Positions 38,978 to 50,264 of a DNA stretch of 64,000 nt are shown here, in pieces. A program made the translations under genes and the position numbers. Source of the DNA: an uncultured Pseudomonadota bacterium (GTDB lineage Bacteria > Myxococcota_A > Polyangia > Fen-1088); contig CAVSOL010000006.1 of NCBI GenBank assembly GCA_963729535.1, positions 111,418 to 175,417 of the forward strand, given 5' to 3'. The notes beneath the pieces are model-generated. The model was not told the DNA's origin. It saw nothing but the letters and a program-made list of their open reading frames with translations, and ran no database searches. Position 1 is the stretch's first letter; every line of letters begins with the position of its first letter.

Positions 38978-39072
38978 TCGAATCACGCTCGCCGATAGGC
39001 TGCCTTCCGTTAACCGCGCCTGGCCTCGACTTCTCGGGCCTTCGGGCCCGGGCCCCCTTGCCGGGTAGCTGG
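38978..39072 (+). repeat. RPT-A repeat, copy 2
   Basis: GCTCGCCGATAGGCTGCCTTCCGTTAACCGCGCCTGGCCTCGACTTCTCGGGCCTTCGGGCCCGGGCCCCCTTGCCGGG. Confidence 0.5.
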
Positions 39073-39197
39073 CACCACCGCGATAGCGTCGATTTCCACC
39101 AGCCAGTCGGGGCGGCCTAGACCGGCCACAAACGTCACCGTGACAGCGGGCGGGCGGCCACGGAAAGCTGCTGCGCGCGGCTGATACGCTTCGAGAG
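39063..39197 (-). pseudogene. Duplicated 3' fragment of ridA (about 93% identical to 2134-2262), same orientation as the intact gene
   Basis: Alignment of GGCACCACCGCGATAGCGTCGATTTCCAC.AGCCAGTCGGGGCGGCCTAG.CCGGCCACAAACGTCACCGTGAC.GCGGG.GG.CGGCCACGGAAAGCTGCTGC.CGCGGCTGATACGCTTCGA between the two loci. Confidence 0.5.
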
Positions 39198-39311
39198 CAC
39201 AGGAAGAACAAGCGAGGTTTGTCTGGTAATAGGGCGCTCCGTCAACTCCTGGGCCCTCCCGTTTCCCCGGGCCCTACGGGGCCTGCCGGAGCCCGGGCGT
39301 CTAGCCGAGCT

Positions 39312-40402
39312 TTACGGTGCGGTGAGAACCGCGATGAACCCGTTGTCGGTCGCGATCCCGGGCCCGTCGGCGCAATTCATGTTGAATTGCGAGTCGGTCT
39401 CGCTGCTGGTCGCCCAGAAGATCCAGTAGGAGCCGTTCGGCGTCGGGACGGCGGACGTCCACGCGGCGTGGGTGATCATCGCCGGCGGCGTCGTGCGGAG
39501 CACGCGGTCGTTGTGGGTGCGCGTGAAGGAGTAGCAGCCGGCGGTCGTGCGGAAGCTGCAGGTGGGCACGGTGTCGGCCGTGACGCCGAAGATGTCCATC
39601 ACCTGCGCGTCGGTGAGCTTCGGCAGCACGAGACCGTTTTGCGCGAAGAACCGGACCCTGCCGGCTTCGCCGTTCCGGATCTGCAAGCTACGCCTGGTGT
39701 AGGCACCGCAGAACGGGCAGACCGAGATGTCGCGTTGCTCGAAGTCGACCCACACGGTGTCGCCCGCCGCCGCGGTGATGAACGGCGCGTAGATGCTATT
39801 GAGGGTTCCGTTCCAGAATCAGCGAGCTGCCGTCGGCGAACGAGAATCTCCGGTCCCGTCGTCTGCATCCGCAGGGTGGCCATCCCCCGACAGAGGGTTG
39901 CCTGGAGGGTGACGAACCCCGGCGTAACGGTCGTCATGCAGCTTGCGGTGCCGGAGGTGCCCGGCGACCCGGCGTCGGGGACGCCGCCGTCGCTGCTGAG
40001 CGGGCCCACGAAAGTCCAGCCGAAAGGAGGGCGTATCGCGTCAGTGTCCCAAGTGCTGCGCGGCCCAACGTTGGAGCAGCTCCCGGCAGCGCCGCCTCCG
40101 CCCTGCCCCGCGGTCCCACCCGCTCCGCCGGTGCCGCCACGACCGCTGGTTCCGCCGCTGCCGCTGGTGCCACCGGGGCCACCGCCGCCGCTCGTACCGC
40201 CGGTGCCGCTCGTGCCACCGGTGTCGCTGCTGCCGCCGGTGCCGCTCGTGCCACCGCTGCCGCTCGTGCCGCTCGTGCCGCCGGTGGCGGTGGCGCTGGC
40301 GCCGCCGCGGCCGCCACCGCCCGGATCACTCGAGCTCGAGCCACCGCACGCGACCCCGGCGCACGCCAGTCCGATCGCGAGCAACCGTAGGCCTTTCATC
40401 AT
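39312..40402 (-). CDS. Gly-rich lipoprotein of unknown function (frame correction needed about 39830)
   Basis: MMKGLRLLAIGLACAGVACGG signal and linker in ORF 39599..40498; C-terminal domain (...VWVDFEQRDISVCPFCGAY...) in ORF 39312..39755. Confidence 0.5.
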
Positions 40403-40503
40403 CGCGACCGAAGTTAGCAAGAACCATGCTGCGCTATCCCCGTGGTTTCGCGGCACTGTGCGACCCGCCCCGACGCGGTCCGCCCTGAACCGCGACATGC
40501 CTG

Positions 40504-41046
40504 TCAGGGCGGAGGTCTAACCGGGCCCACGCAGTCCGCGTAGATGCAGCCGACGTTGAACGCGCCCGCGGCTGTCTGGGTCGGGCCCGAGATCGTGAAC
40601 GTGCCTTCTAGATCGCCCATCTCCGCCTTCGTCAGCACGACCTCGCCCTCGGTCACGTAGCTGCCGCCGAAGGCGATTGTGGGATCGGCGCACGCCACGG
40701 CGAAGGTGCCGGCGCTCGCGGCGCCCACGGGGTATGCGCCGGGTGCGGGGAGCGCCGTCGCGGCCGTGATCAACGAGCAGAACTGAAGTTGCTCGGTCGC
40801 GGCGTCGATGACGAGGGACGCGGCGCTGAAGCGGTAACCGACGGCCTTGAGCCCGTGCGGCATGAAGCTTTCGTAGGCCGTCACCGTGACTCCGCCGGCG
40901 GTCCACACGAACTGCCCCTGGTCCGGGATCATCGGAGGAGTCGTTTTCCCCGGCTGGGCCGGATCAACCGTTCCGTCGTCGCAACCGGCGAGCGCGTAGG
41001 CGGTCGCCAACACCAGCAGTCGAGCCATGCGCGCCGAGGTGGTCAT
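40504..41046 (-). CDS. Small lipoprotein
   Basis: MTTSARMARLLVLATAYALAGCDDG signal; ORF 40504..41346 is over-extended at its 5' end. Confidence 0.5.
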   Translation of the reverse strand: MTTSARMARLLVLATAYALAGCDDGTVDPAQPGKTTPPMIPDQGQFVWTAGGVTVTAYESFMPHGLKAVGYRFSAASLVIDAATEQLQFCSLITAATALPAPGAYPVGAASAGTFAVACADPTIAFGGSYVTEGEVVLTKAEMGDLEGTFTISGPTQTAAGAFNVGCIYADCVGPVRPPP

Positions 41047-41085
41047 GTTTGTCAGCTTGTAAGACGCGCGGCCGGCTGGGATATG

Positions 41086-41340
41086 GCCACCGTGCGTAAG
41101 GCCGCCATTTCCTTGCGCAGTTTGGCGAGATCCAACCGGGAGGGTCGTGCGGCGAACGTCACTGCGGCACGCGCTCCCGTCGTCCAGGCCCCACCCCGCG
41201 ACGTCATCGACCAGATCCAGATCCCGATCCCCTGCAAGGTGTCGTGGGACGACATGACGGGCGACGAGCAAGTGCGCCACTGCGGCCAGTGCCGGCAGAA
41301 CGTTTACAACATCGCGGCGTTCACCCGCGGCGGATAAGAA
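41086..41340 (+). CDS. 84-aa protein ending in a CxxxW...HCxxC zinc-ribbon-like motif, terminated by the TAA contributed by RPT-A (possibly truncated)
   Basis: ...IPIPCKVSWDDMTGDEQVRHCGQCRQNVYNIAAFTRGG*; the stop lies inside GCGGATAA of repeat copy 3. Confidence 0.4.
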
Positions 41341-41432
41341 GAACAAGCGCGGGTTCGGCCGATAGGTCGCCTTCCGTTAACCGCGCCTGGCCTCGACTTC
41401 TCGGGCCTTCGGGCCCGGGCCCCCTTGCCGGG
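41325..41432 (+). repeat. RPT-A repeat, copy 3
   Basis: GCGGATAAGAAGAACAAGCGCGGGTTCGGCCGATAGGTCGCCTTCCGTTAACCGCGCCTGGCCTCGACTTCTCGGGCCTTCGGGCCCGGGCCCCCTTGCCGGG. Confidence 0.5.
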
Positions 41433-41499
41433 CGAGAACAAGGACCCTGGCCTGCGCAATTTGGCCGCCGGCGCAAGACTCACCCCCCGGACGCGCGGT

Positions 41500-42030
41500 C
41501 AACAGGGAGTGCCCTCGCCGGGGTCGGGGTCGCGGAGGTCGAGCGGGCACGGCTCCGACTCCATGCCAGGCGCACCCGGCGGTGCGCGAGGACCGGCGAT
41601 AGCGGGCGCCTCGGTGATTTCGCCGAGGTGCCGGAGAATTCGCCGGATGGCGCCCGGCTCGATCAACGGCGCTGACGATACGCATTCGGCCGTGGCAGCG
41701 CCGGCATTCCAGCGCGTCGACGACAAATACCCTTTTCAGCAGCTCTGCCCAGGGGAGGCGGTACGGTGATGGCTCCCGTACACCAGGCTCCCTGGGTACC
41801 TGGGTTGCGGGCGGCGGGGACGACCTTCGACCTGAACCCGGCCGCCGGCGCGAGGATGCCGTGGAATCGGATGGTGTGCTTGCGCGGTCGCGGCACGAGG
41901 GGCAGAAGTCGCTCGATGAGCTCGAAGGGCGTGAACAGAACGGCCGCCGTGCCGTCGGAGAATGGCCGCTTGAAGCGCAGCATGACACGCCCGTCGGCGA
42001 GTTGGGAAAGCCGGTCGGTGGCCATGGGTG
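41500..42030 (-). mobile_element. IS91-like transposase C-terminal remnants (frameshifted), second locus
   Basis: ...RFHGILAPAAGFRSKVVP..., PYRLPWAELLKRVFVVDALECRRCHGRMRIVSAV, ...IEPGAIRRILRHLG spread over three frames. Confidence 0.45.
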
Positions 42031-42802
42031 GCGCTCGGAAGCATCACGCCCGCGAAGGGGGAGGCGCTCTACGCGTCGCTTCGTTCGCGCAAGACGCAGC
42101 ACGGCGGAATGCTATCGGTCGATTCGCACCGCACGATGTTGGCGGCGGCGAAGACGTTCTTCCGGTGGTGCGTGGTGGAGAAGAAGTGGACTGGCCCGGA
42201 ATCCGCTCGACGTAGTGAAAGGGCATCGGGAAGGTACGGCACGGGAAAGAACAGTTGAGGATCGACGAAGCGCGCAAGTGGATGGTGGAGGCGCATCGGC
42301 AGGCGGACGCCGGACAGGCGGGGGCGGTGGCGGCGATGACGGCGCTGGTGATGGGGATGCGGGCGTCCGAGATGGTGAGCCGAGTGGTTCGCGATCTCGA
42401 CGATGGCGGGGCGTTGCTCTGGATCCCGGACTCGAAAACGTTGGCTGGACGGCGAAAGCTGCAGGTACCGGAGTTCCTGCAGCCGTATCTGCGTCGAGCT
42501 GGCGCGGAGTCGGGATCCTCAGGCGGCGCTGTTCGGGGAGCACTGGCGGGACTGGCCGCGGAAGTGGGTGCAGCGGATCTGCAAGGCGGCGGGGGTGCCG
42601 AAGGTCGACGGCACACGGGATGCGGGGGCTGCACGGGACGCTCGCGGTGGATAGCGGGATCACCTCCCACGCGGTCGCCTCGGCCCTCGGCCACGAGTCG
42701 TTCAAGACGACGGCCGAGAGCTACGCGAAGCGCGAGGCGGTGGCGGGTGCGCAGCAGAAACGGGCGCTGGCGGTGCTCACCGGAGGGCGGCTGGCGTCGT
42801 GA
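41990..42802 (+). pseudogene. Tyrosine recombinase/integrase adjacent to tRNA-Ala, disrupted by two or more frameshifts
   Basis: N-terminal domain (SVDSHRTMLAAAKTFFRWCVVEKKW) in ORF 42028..42258, box I region (MRASEM...LLWIPDSKTLAGRRK) in ORF 42255..42968, ELARSRDPQAALFGEHWRDW in ORF 42403..42654, and box II/catalytic Tyr region (HAVASALGHESFKTTAESYAKRE) in ORF 41861..42802. Confidence 0.65.
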
Positions 42803-42896
42803 GCGGTGGCCTCCTCAATACCTGCGGAGAACGACTCCAATCGTTCCCCAATCGTTCCCAGAACCGTACTTTCAATCCGAACTGAAGAAAAACCGA

Positions 42897-42969
42897 AGTG
42901 CTTTCGTGGAGCTGAACGGGATCGAACCGTCGGCCTCCTCAATGCCATTGAGGCGCTCTCCCAGCTGAG
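42897..42969 (-). tRNA. tRNA-Ala (anticodon GGC)
   Basis: 73-nt cloverleaf GGGGCTG-TA-GCTC-AGCTGGGA-GAGC-G-CCTCA-ATGGCAT-TGAGG-AGGCC-GACGG-TTCGATC-CCGTT-CAGCTCC-A; G3:U70 alanine identity pair present; CCA not encoded. Confidence 0.9.
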
Positions 42970-43016
42970 CTACAGCCCCGTGAGGGACGATTAACTAGCA
43001 GTCACGGGCGCCCGGG

Positions 43017-43946
43017 TCAACGGCGGGGGCGGGTTCGCACGACGATCAGCGCGGTGAACAGGCTCTCGAAGCGGGGGTCGCCGCGCAGCCGGTCCCAGTC
43101 GTTGGACAGGTAGAGGTCGCGGAGCTGGAAGCGGTCGGTGCGGCTGGGGCCCGGGTGCAGGACCAGGATCTCGAGCTCGGCGATGGCGGCGCGCGTCTCG
43201 CCCAGCCCCGCGGCGCAGGCCGCCATCCCCAGCCTGTTGGTGTGGTCGGCGCGGTCGGCGGCCGGGACGCGGGCGCGCGCCAGCCTCGCCGCCTCGGCCT
43301 CGCCGCCGGCCGCCAGCGCGGAGCACAGCGCCAGGTTGATCTCGGCGTCGCCGATCGGGCTCGATGACTCACCACCGTCGGGCGTGTCACTGGCGCGCAG
43401 CGCCTCCTGCAGCCGATCACGCGTCTTCGCGAACAGCGCCGGTGGCACCCGACCCAGGAACGCGCGTGTGGCCAGCAGCTTGGAGCGCAGCAGCCGCGCC
43501 TCTTCCAGGGACTCCGCCCGCCGCGCCGCCGGATCGCGCCCGGTGCGTCCGGCCGCAGCGGAGCGCAGGCGCGACGCCAGCATCTGCGACCGCTGGCGCT
43601 CGCGCTCGGCCTTGGCGCCGGCCAGCTCGAGGGCGCGCGACGGTTGCAGCCGCGCCGCCGCCGTCCACTCGGTCGTCGCTTCGCGGTACAGGGCGGCGGC
43701 GTCGGCCCAGCGCTGCTCGCTATCGGCGACCACCGCCTGACCGTAGGCGCGCCCGGGCACCGCGCGTTCCAGCGGGGCGCCCACCTCGACGGTGACAACG
43801 ACCGAAACCGTACGGCCGGGCTGCAACGGTACCGAATTCCCGGCGACCGGCGCCGCTGCCGGCGTGGGCACCGCCGGAGATCCGGCAATCCACGCTGCTG
43901 CTACGGCGGCTGTGATCCCGACGAACACGACAAGCTCCTCTGTCAC
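43017..43946 (-). CDS. Hypothetical secreted/membrane-anchored helical (TPR-like) protein
   Basis: N-terminal hydrophobic segment MTEELVVFVGITAAVAAAWIAG; Ala/Arg-rich helical repeats. Confidence 0.5.
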   Translation of the reverse strand: MTEELVVFVGITAAVAAAWIAGSPAVPTPAAAPVAGNSVPLQPGRTVSVVVTVEVGAPLERAVPGRAYGQAVVADSEQRWADAAALYREATTEWTAAARLQPSRALELAGAKAERERQRSQMLASRLRSAAAGRTGRDPAARRAESLEEARLLRSKLLATRAFLGRVPPALFAKTRDRLQEALRASDTPDGGESSSPIGDAEINLALCSALAAGGEAEAARLARARVPAADRADHTNRLGMAACAAGLGETRAAIAELEILVLHPGPSRTDRFQLRDLYLSNDWDRLRGDPRFESLFTALIVVRTRPRR

Positions 43947-43967
43947 GGACTATAGTCGACGCCGCTG

Positions 43968-45962
43968 ATGTCGTTTACATGCGCTGCGCGGTGGGCGCTG
44001 GTCGCTTTGGTGGCGTTCGGGGCGGCGTGTAGTTCCGGACCGCGCGCGGACACCACGGCGCCGTCGGGGAGCTTCGCGGTCACCGAGCGCGCCGAGACGG
44101 TACCGACGACAGCGATCGCCGTCCGCCCGCCCTTCGTGTGGGTCGCGGGCGGGGCCGGCCTGCGGCGCTTCGAGCTGGGCGAAACCGAGGCCGAAGAAGT
44201 CGCGCCCGCCTCACACCCGGGCGCGCGCGGCGTCACCGCCATCGCGATCGACGACGAGGGCGGGGCCTGGGTCGCCGCCGCCGGCGAGGTCGGCCGCTGG
44301 GTCGATGCCGGCGACGAATTTCGCTACGAGCGCAAGGGGACGCCGGGGCGGGCGACCGCGCTGGTGCCGCGCCGACCGACCGCGTCCGAAGGCATCTGGG
44401 CCGCCGGGCCAGCCGGGCTGTTTCGCTACGACGGCCGCATCTTCAACAGCGTCGATGCACTGTACGAGGTGGGCGTGACGTCGCTGGCGCTCGACGACGA
44501 CGGCAAGGGGGTGTGGGCGGGGACGCGCGGCCGCGGTCTGTACCGCGCCGACGGCGATCGCGCGGCGCCGATACCAGGCAACGACGGGCTGATCCTGGAT
44601 GACTTCGTCGGCGTGGTGAAGACCGCCGCCGGGACGCGCATCGCGGCCGGCAACGTCGCCGCCGGGGCGCGCCTGTTCGCGCTGACCGCCTCGGGCGCCG
44701 TCGAGGGTTACCGCGCGCCCGCCGGTGTGCGCGCCATCGCGCTGGTCCGGCGGGGCGGTGACGCCGTCCTGATCGCCGCCGGCGCAACCGGCGACGCCCA
44801 GGCCTACACGCTGCGCCCGCTGGCTCCCGCCGAAAACTTCCCCACCGGTAGCCTGCGGTTCTCGTCGCTGATCGCGGAGCGCCCCGCGCGCTGGGCGGGC
44901 ATCCCGACCGGCGACAAGCTGCCGCCCGACGTCAAGGTCGCCGCGGCGGGCGGTGACGAGCTGGTGGTGGGCAGCGCGCACATGGGCGCGGCCCGCATCG
45001 GCGGCGGCGCGGGGCCGCGCTATATCCCCGGCTCGCAGCTGGTCGGCGACGCCAGCCGGCTGTTCCTCGCGTGCGTGTCGCGCGCGCGCTGCTACGCCAT
45101 CACGGGCGGCCCGCGCGCCTGGCTGACCGACGGCGACAAATACGAAGAGACGCGCGTCGGCGAGCCGGCCGAATCCGTGCCGCTGGCGCTGACCTCCGAC
45201 GCGCAGGGAGGCGTCTACGCGATCGCCGCCGAGCCGCCCCCCGGTGGTCTGGCGATCATGAAGTACGCGGCTGCCGGGGCCGGCGGCAAGCCCGACTGGC
45301 TGAACCTGCACAAGGTCGCGCTGGACCTGCCCGCCAAGACGACGGCGCGCGTGACGTTCGCGGCCATCGCGCCCGCCAACACGCTGTGGATCGGCCTGCG
45401 CGCCGCCAGCGCGGACGGCGGCGAGGTCGGCATCGGCGCGATCGAGATCGAGCTCGGCAATGGGCACGCCGTGCAGCACGGGCCAGCCGGCAAGGGCAAG
45501 CGGGCGGCCGAGGCTCTGCCGCTCCCCGCCAGCCTGACCGACATCCTGTTCGACAGCGGCGCGACGTATTACGCGTCGCTGGCCGGGGTCAGCCGCTGGC
45601 AAGAAGGCCAGCTCCGCAGCTGGAGCGAGAACGAAGGCCTGGCCAGCGAGCTCGTGCATGCGATCGCGCGCGGCCCCGACGGCGCGATCTGGGCCGCCAC
45701 GTCGGCGGGTCTGGTGCGCTTCGACGGCAAGGACTGGCGGCCGCTGGGCACGACTGAGCTTCCCGTGCGCGGGCTGGCTATCGATGGAAAATCGCGTGCT
45801 TGGGTTGCGACCAGCAAGGGGCTGCGCATGCTCACCGGCGCCTCCGATCCGCTGACCGCGCCCGTCATCGTGGCGGGCGAAATGCGCGACGTGGTCGCCG
45901 ATCGTTTCGGTCGAGTTTGGGCGATGAGCACGACGTCGATCGCATTCGTCGACGAAAAATAA
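43968..45962 (+). CDS. Lipoprotein with two-component-regulator-propeller (Reg_prop-like) repeats
   Basis: LVAFGAACSS lipobox; repeated G.W.gT..GL.r.DG..W units (GIWAAGPAGLFRYDGRIF, GVWAGTRGRGLYRADG, AIWAATSAGLVRFDGKDWR, RAWVATSKGLRML). Confidence 0.75.
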   Translation: MSFTCAARWALVALVAFGAACSSGPRADTTAPSGSFAVTERAETVPTTAIAVRPPFVWVAGGAGLRRFELGETEAEEVAPASHPGARGVTAIAIDDEGGAWVAAAGEVGRWVDAGDEFRYERKGTPGRATALVPRRPTASEGIWAAGPAGLFRYDGRIFNSVDALYEVGVTSLALDDDGKGVWAGTRGRGLYRADGDRAAPIPGNDGLILDDFVGVVKTAAGTRIAAGNVAAGARLFALTASGAVEGYRAPAGVRAIALVRRGGDAVLIAAGATGDAQAYTLRPLAPAENFPTGSLRFSSLIAERPARWAGIPTGDKLPPDVKVAAAGGDELVVGSAHMGAARIGGGAGPRYIPGSQLVGDASRLFLACVSRARCYAITGGPRAWLTDGDKYEETRVGEPAESVPLALTSDAQGGVYAIAAEPPPGGLAIMKYAAAGAGGKPDWLNLHKVALDLPAKTTARVTFAAIAPANTLWIGLRAASADGGEVGIGAIEIELGNGHAVQHGPAGKGKRAAEALPLPASLTDILFDSGATYYASLAGVSRWQEGQLRSWSENEGLASELVHAIARGPDGAIWAATSAGLVRFDGKDWRPLGTTELPVRGLAIDGKSRAWVATSKGLRMLTGASDPLTAPVIVAGEMRDVVADRFGRVWAMSTTSIAFVDEK

Positions 45963-45978
45963 ACGCAATGATACTGTA

Positions 45979-48480
<2,502 letters not shown>

Positions 48481-48482
48481 CG

Positions 48483-48500
48483 GCGTCCGGCGCCGGACGG
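48483..48500 (+). terminator. GC-rich palindrome GTCCGGCGCCGGAC immediately after the lon stop
   Basis: Perfect 7+7 palindrome; no U-tract (common in high-GC genomes). Confidence 0.3.
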
Positions 48501-48551
48501 ACCAGCCCGTAACTGAACTGCAGGCGGCGGCGCGCCACCGTCGCGTGAGCC

Positions 48552-50249
48552 ATGATCGGGGCCATGACTGCGACGACGACCGCCACGACGACGGCGACGA
48601 CGATCCCCCGGGCCGAGCAGATGTTCCCGCGGCTGACCCCGGCCCAGATTGAACGCGTCGCGAGCGTCGGACACCGGCGCGACGTGCGCGCCGGCGAGAT
48701 GCTGTTCGACGTCGGCGATCAGAACACGCAGTTCTTCGTCGTGGTGTCGGGCGCCGTCGACATCGTGCGGCTGATCGGCGATCGGGAAGAGCCGCTGGTC
48801 GTCCATGGCGAGGGGCAGTTCACCGGCGAGATCAACATGCTGTCGGCGCGGCGAAGCCTCGTGCGCGCGCGCATGGCCGGCGCCGGCGCGGTCATCGCGG
48901 TCGATCGCGACGCTCTGCGCACGCTCGTGCAGCGCGACTCCGAGCTGAGCGAGATCCTGATGCGCGCCTTCATCCTCAGGCGCGTCGCGATAGTCGGGCA
49001 GGAGAGTCAGGAGATGGTGCTGCTCGGCTCGCGCCACTCGGGCAACACGCAGCGTATCCGCGAGTTCCTGAGCCGCAACGGCCAGCCGTTCACCTACCAG
49101 GACGTCGAGACCGACCCGAACGTGCAGATCCTGCTCGATCAATTTCACATCCAGGTGGCCGACGTCCCCGTGGTCCTGTGCCGGGGTGGCCACGTCCTCA
49201 AGAACCCGTCACCGGAGCTGCTGGCGTCGGCGATCGGCCTCAGCGCGGAGCTCGACGCGGAGCACGTACGCGAGCTCGTCATCGTGGGCGCGGGGCCGTC
49301 GGGGCTCGCGGCCGCGGTCTACGGCGCGTCCGAAGGGCTGGACGTGCTGGTGCTCGAGAGCACCGCGCCCGGCGGGCAGGCGGGCACCAGCTCGCGCATC
49401 GAGAACTACCTGGGCTTCCCCACCGGGATCTCGGGCGAGGCGCTGGCCGGGCGCGCGCTGACGCAAGCGGAGAAGTTCGGCGCCGAGGTGGCCATCGGCC
49501 GCACGGTCGTTCGACTCGACTGCGACAGCCGGCCATATCGCCTGCATCTGTCCGACGGCACCGTGGTGCGGACGCGCGCGATCGTCATCGCCGCGGGCGT
49601 GAAGTACAGGAAGCTCGATCTACCGTCGCTGCCGCGCTACGAGGGGGCGGGCGTCTTCTATTGCGCTACCCATCTCGAGAGCCAGCAGTGCGTGGGGCAG
49701 GAGGTCGCGGTCGTGGGCGGCGCCAACTCGGCCGGGCAGGCGGCGGTGTTCCTCGCCGGCGCCGCCACGCGCGTCCACATGCTGGTGCGCGGGCCCGGGC
49801 TGGCGGACAGCATGTCGCGCTACCTGATCCAGCGCATCGAGGCCACCCCGAACATCGTGTTGCGTACGCGCACCCGGGTCGAAGCGCTCGACGGGGAAAA
49901 AGGCCTCGAGCGGATCCGGTGGCTGCACCTCGACACCGGCGAGCAGGAGACGCGCGACATCCGCAACCTTTTCATGATGACGGGCGCGGACCCCCACACC
50001 GCGTGGCTCGAAGGCTGCTTGGTCATGGACGACAAGAAGTTCGTGAAGACCGGCGCGGAGCTGCTCCCCGAGGACCTGGCCAGGGCCCACTGGGCGCTGC
50101 CGCGCCGCCCCTACCTGCTCGAGACCAGCATCCCCGGCGTGTTCTGCATCGGCGACGCGCGCTCAACCAGCGTCAAGCGCGTGGCATCGGCGGTGGGCGA
50201 AGGCGCGATCTGCGTGCAGCTCGTGCACCGCGCGCTGCAAGAGCTGTGA
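48552..50249 (+). CDS. Cyclic-nucleotide-binding domain fused to a thioredoxin-reductase-like FAD/NAD(P) oxidoreductase
   Basis: N-terminal cNMP-binding/Crp-like beta-roll (FFVVVSGAVDI...GEGQFTGEI), then GAGPSGLAAAVY and GGANSAGQAAVFL dinucleotide motifs, then the C-terminal TrxR-like end. Confidence 0.85.
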   Translation: MIGAMTATTTATTTATTIPRAEQMFPRLTPAQIERVASVGHRRDVRAGEMLFDVGDQNTQFFVVVSGAVDIVRLIGDREEPLVVHGEGQFTGEINMLSARRSLVRARMAGAGAVIAVDRDALRTLVQRDSELSEILMRAFILRRVAIVGQESQEMVLLGSRHSGNTQRIREFLSRNGQPFTYQDVETDPNVQILLDQFHIQVADVPVVLCRGGHVLKNPSPELLASAIGLSAELDAEHVRELVIVGAGPSGLAAAVYGASEGLDVLVLESTAPGGQAGTSSRIENYLGFPTGISGEALAGRALTQAEKFGAEVAIGRTVVRLDCDSRPYRLHLSDGTVVRTRAIVIAAGVKYRKLDLPSLPRYEGAGVFYCATHLESQQCVGQEVAVVGGANSAGQAAVFLAGAATRVHMLVRGPGLADSMSRYLIQRIEATPNIVLRTRTRVEALDGEKGLERIRWLHLDTGEQETRDIRNLFMMTGADPHTAWLEGCLVMDDKKFVKTGAELLPEDLARAHWALPRRPYLLETSIPGVFCIGDARSTSVKRVASAVGEGAICVQLVHRALQEL

Positions 50250-50264
50250 TCGCCTGTCGCCCGG

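Noticed and set aside
44211-45968. 585-aa minus-strand ORF
   Set aside because: Antisense of the Reg_prop lipoprotein gene; low complexity.
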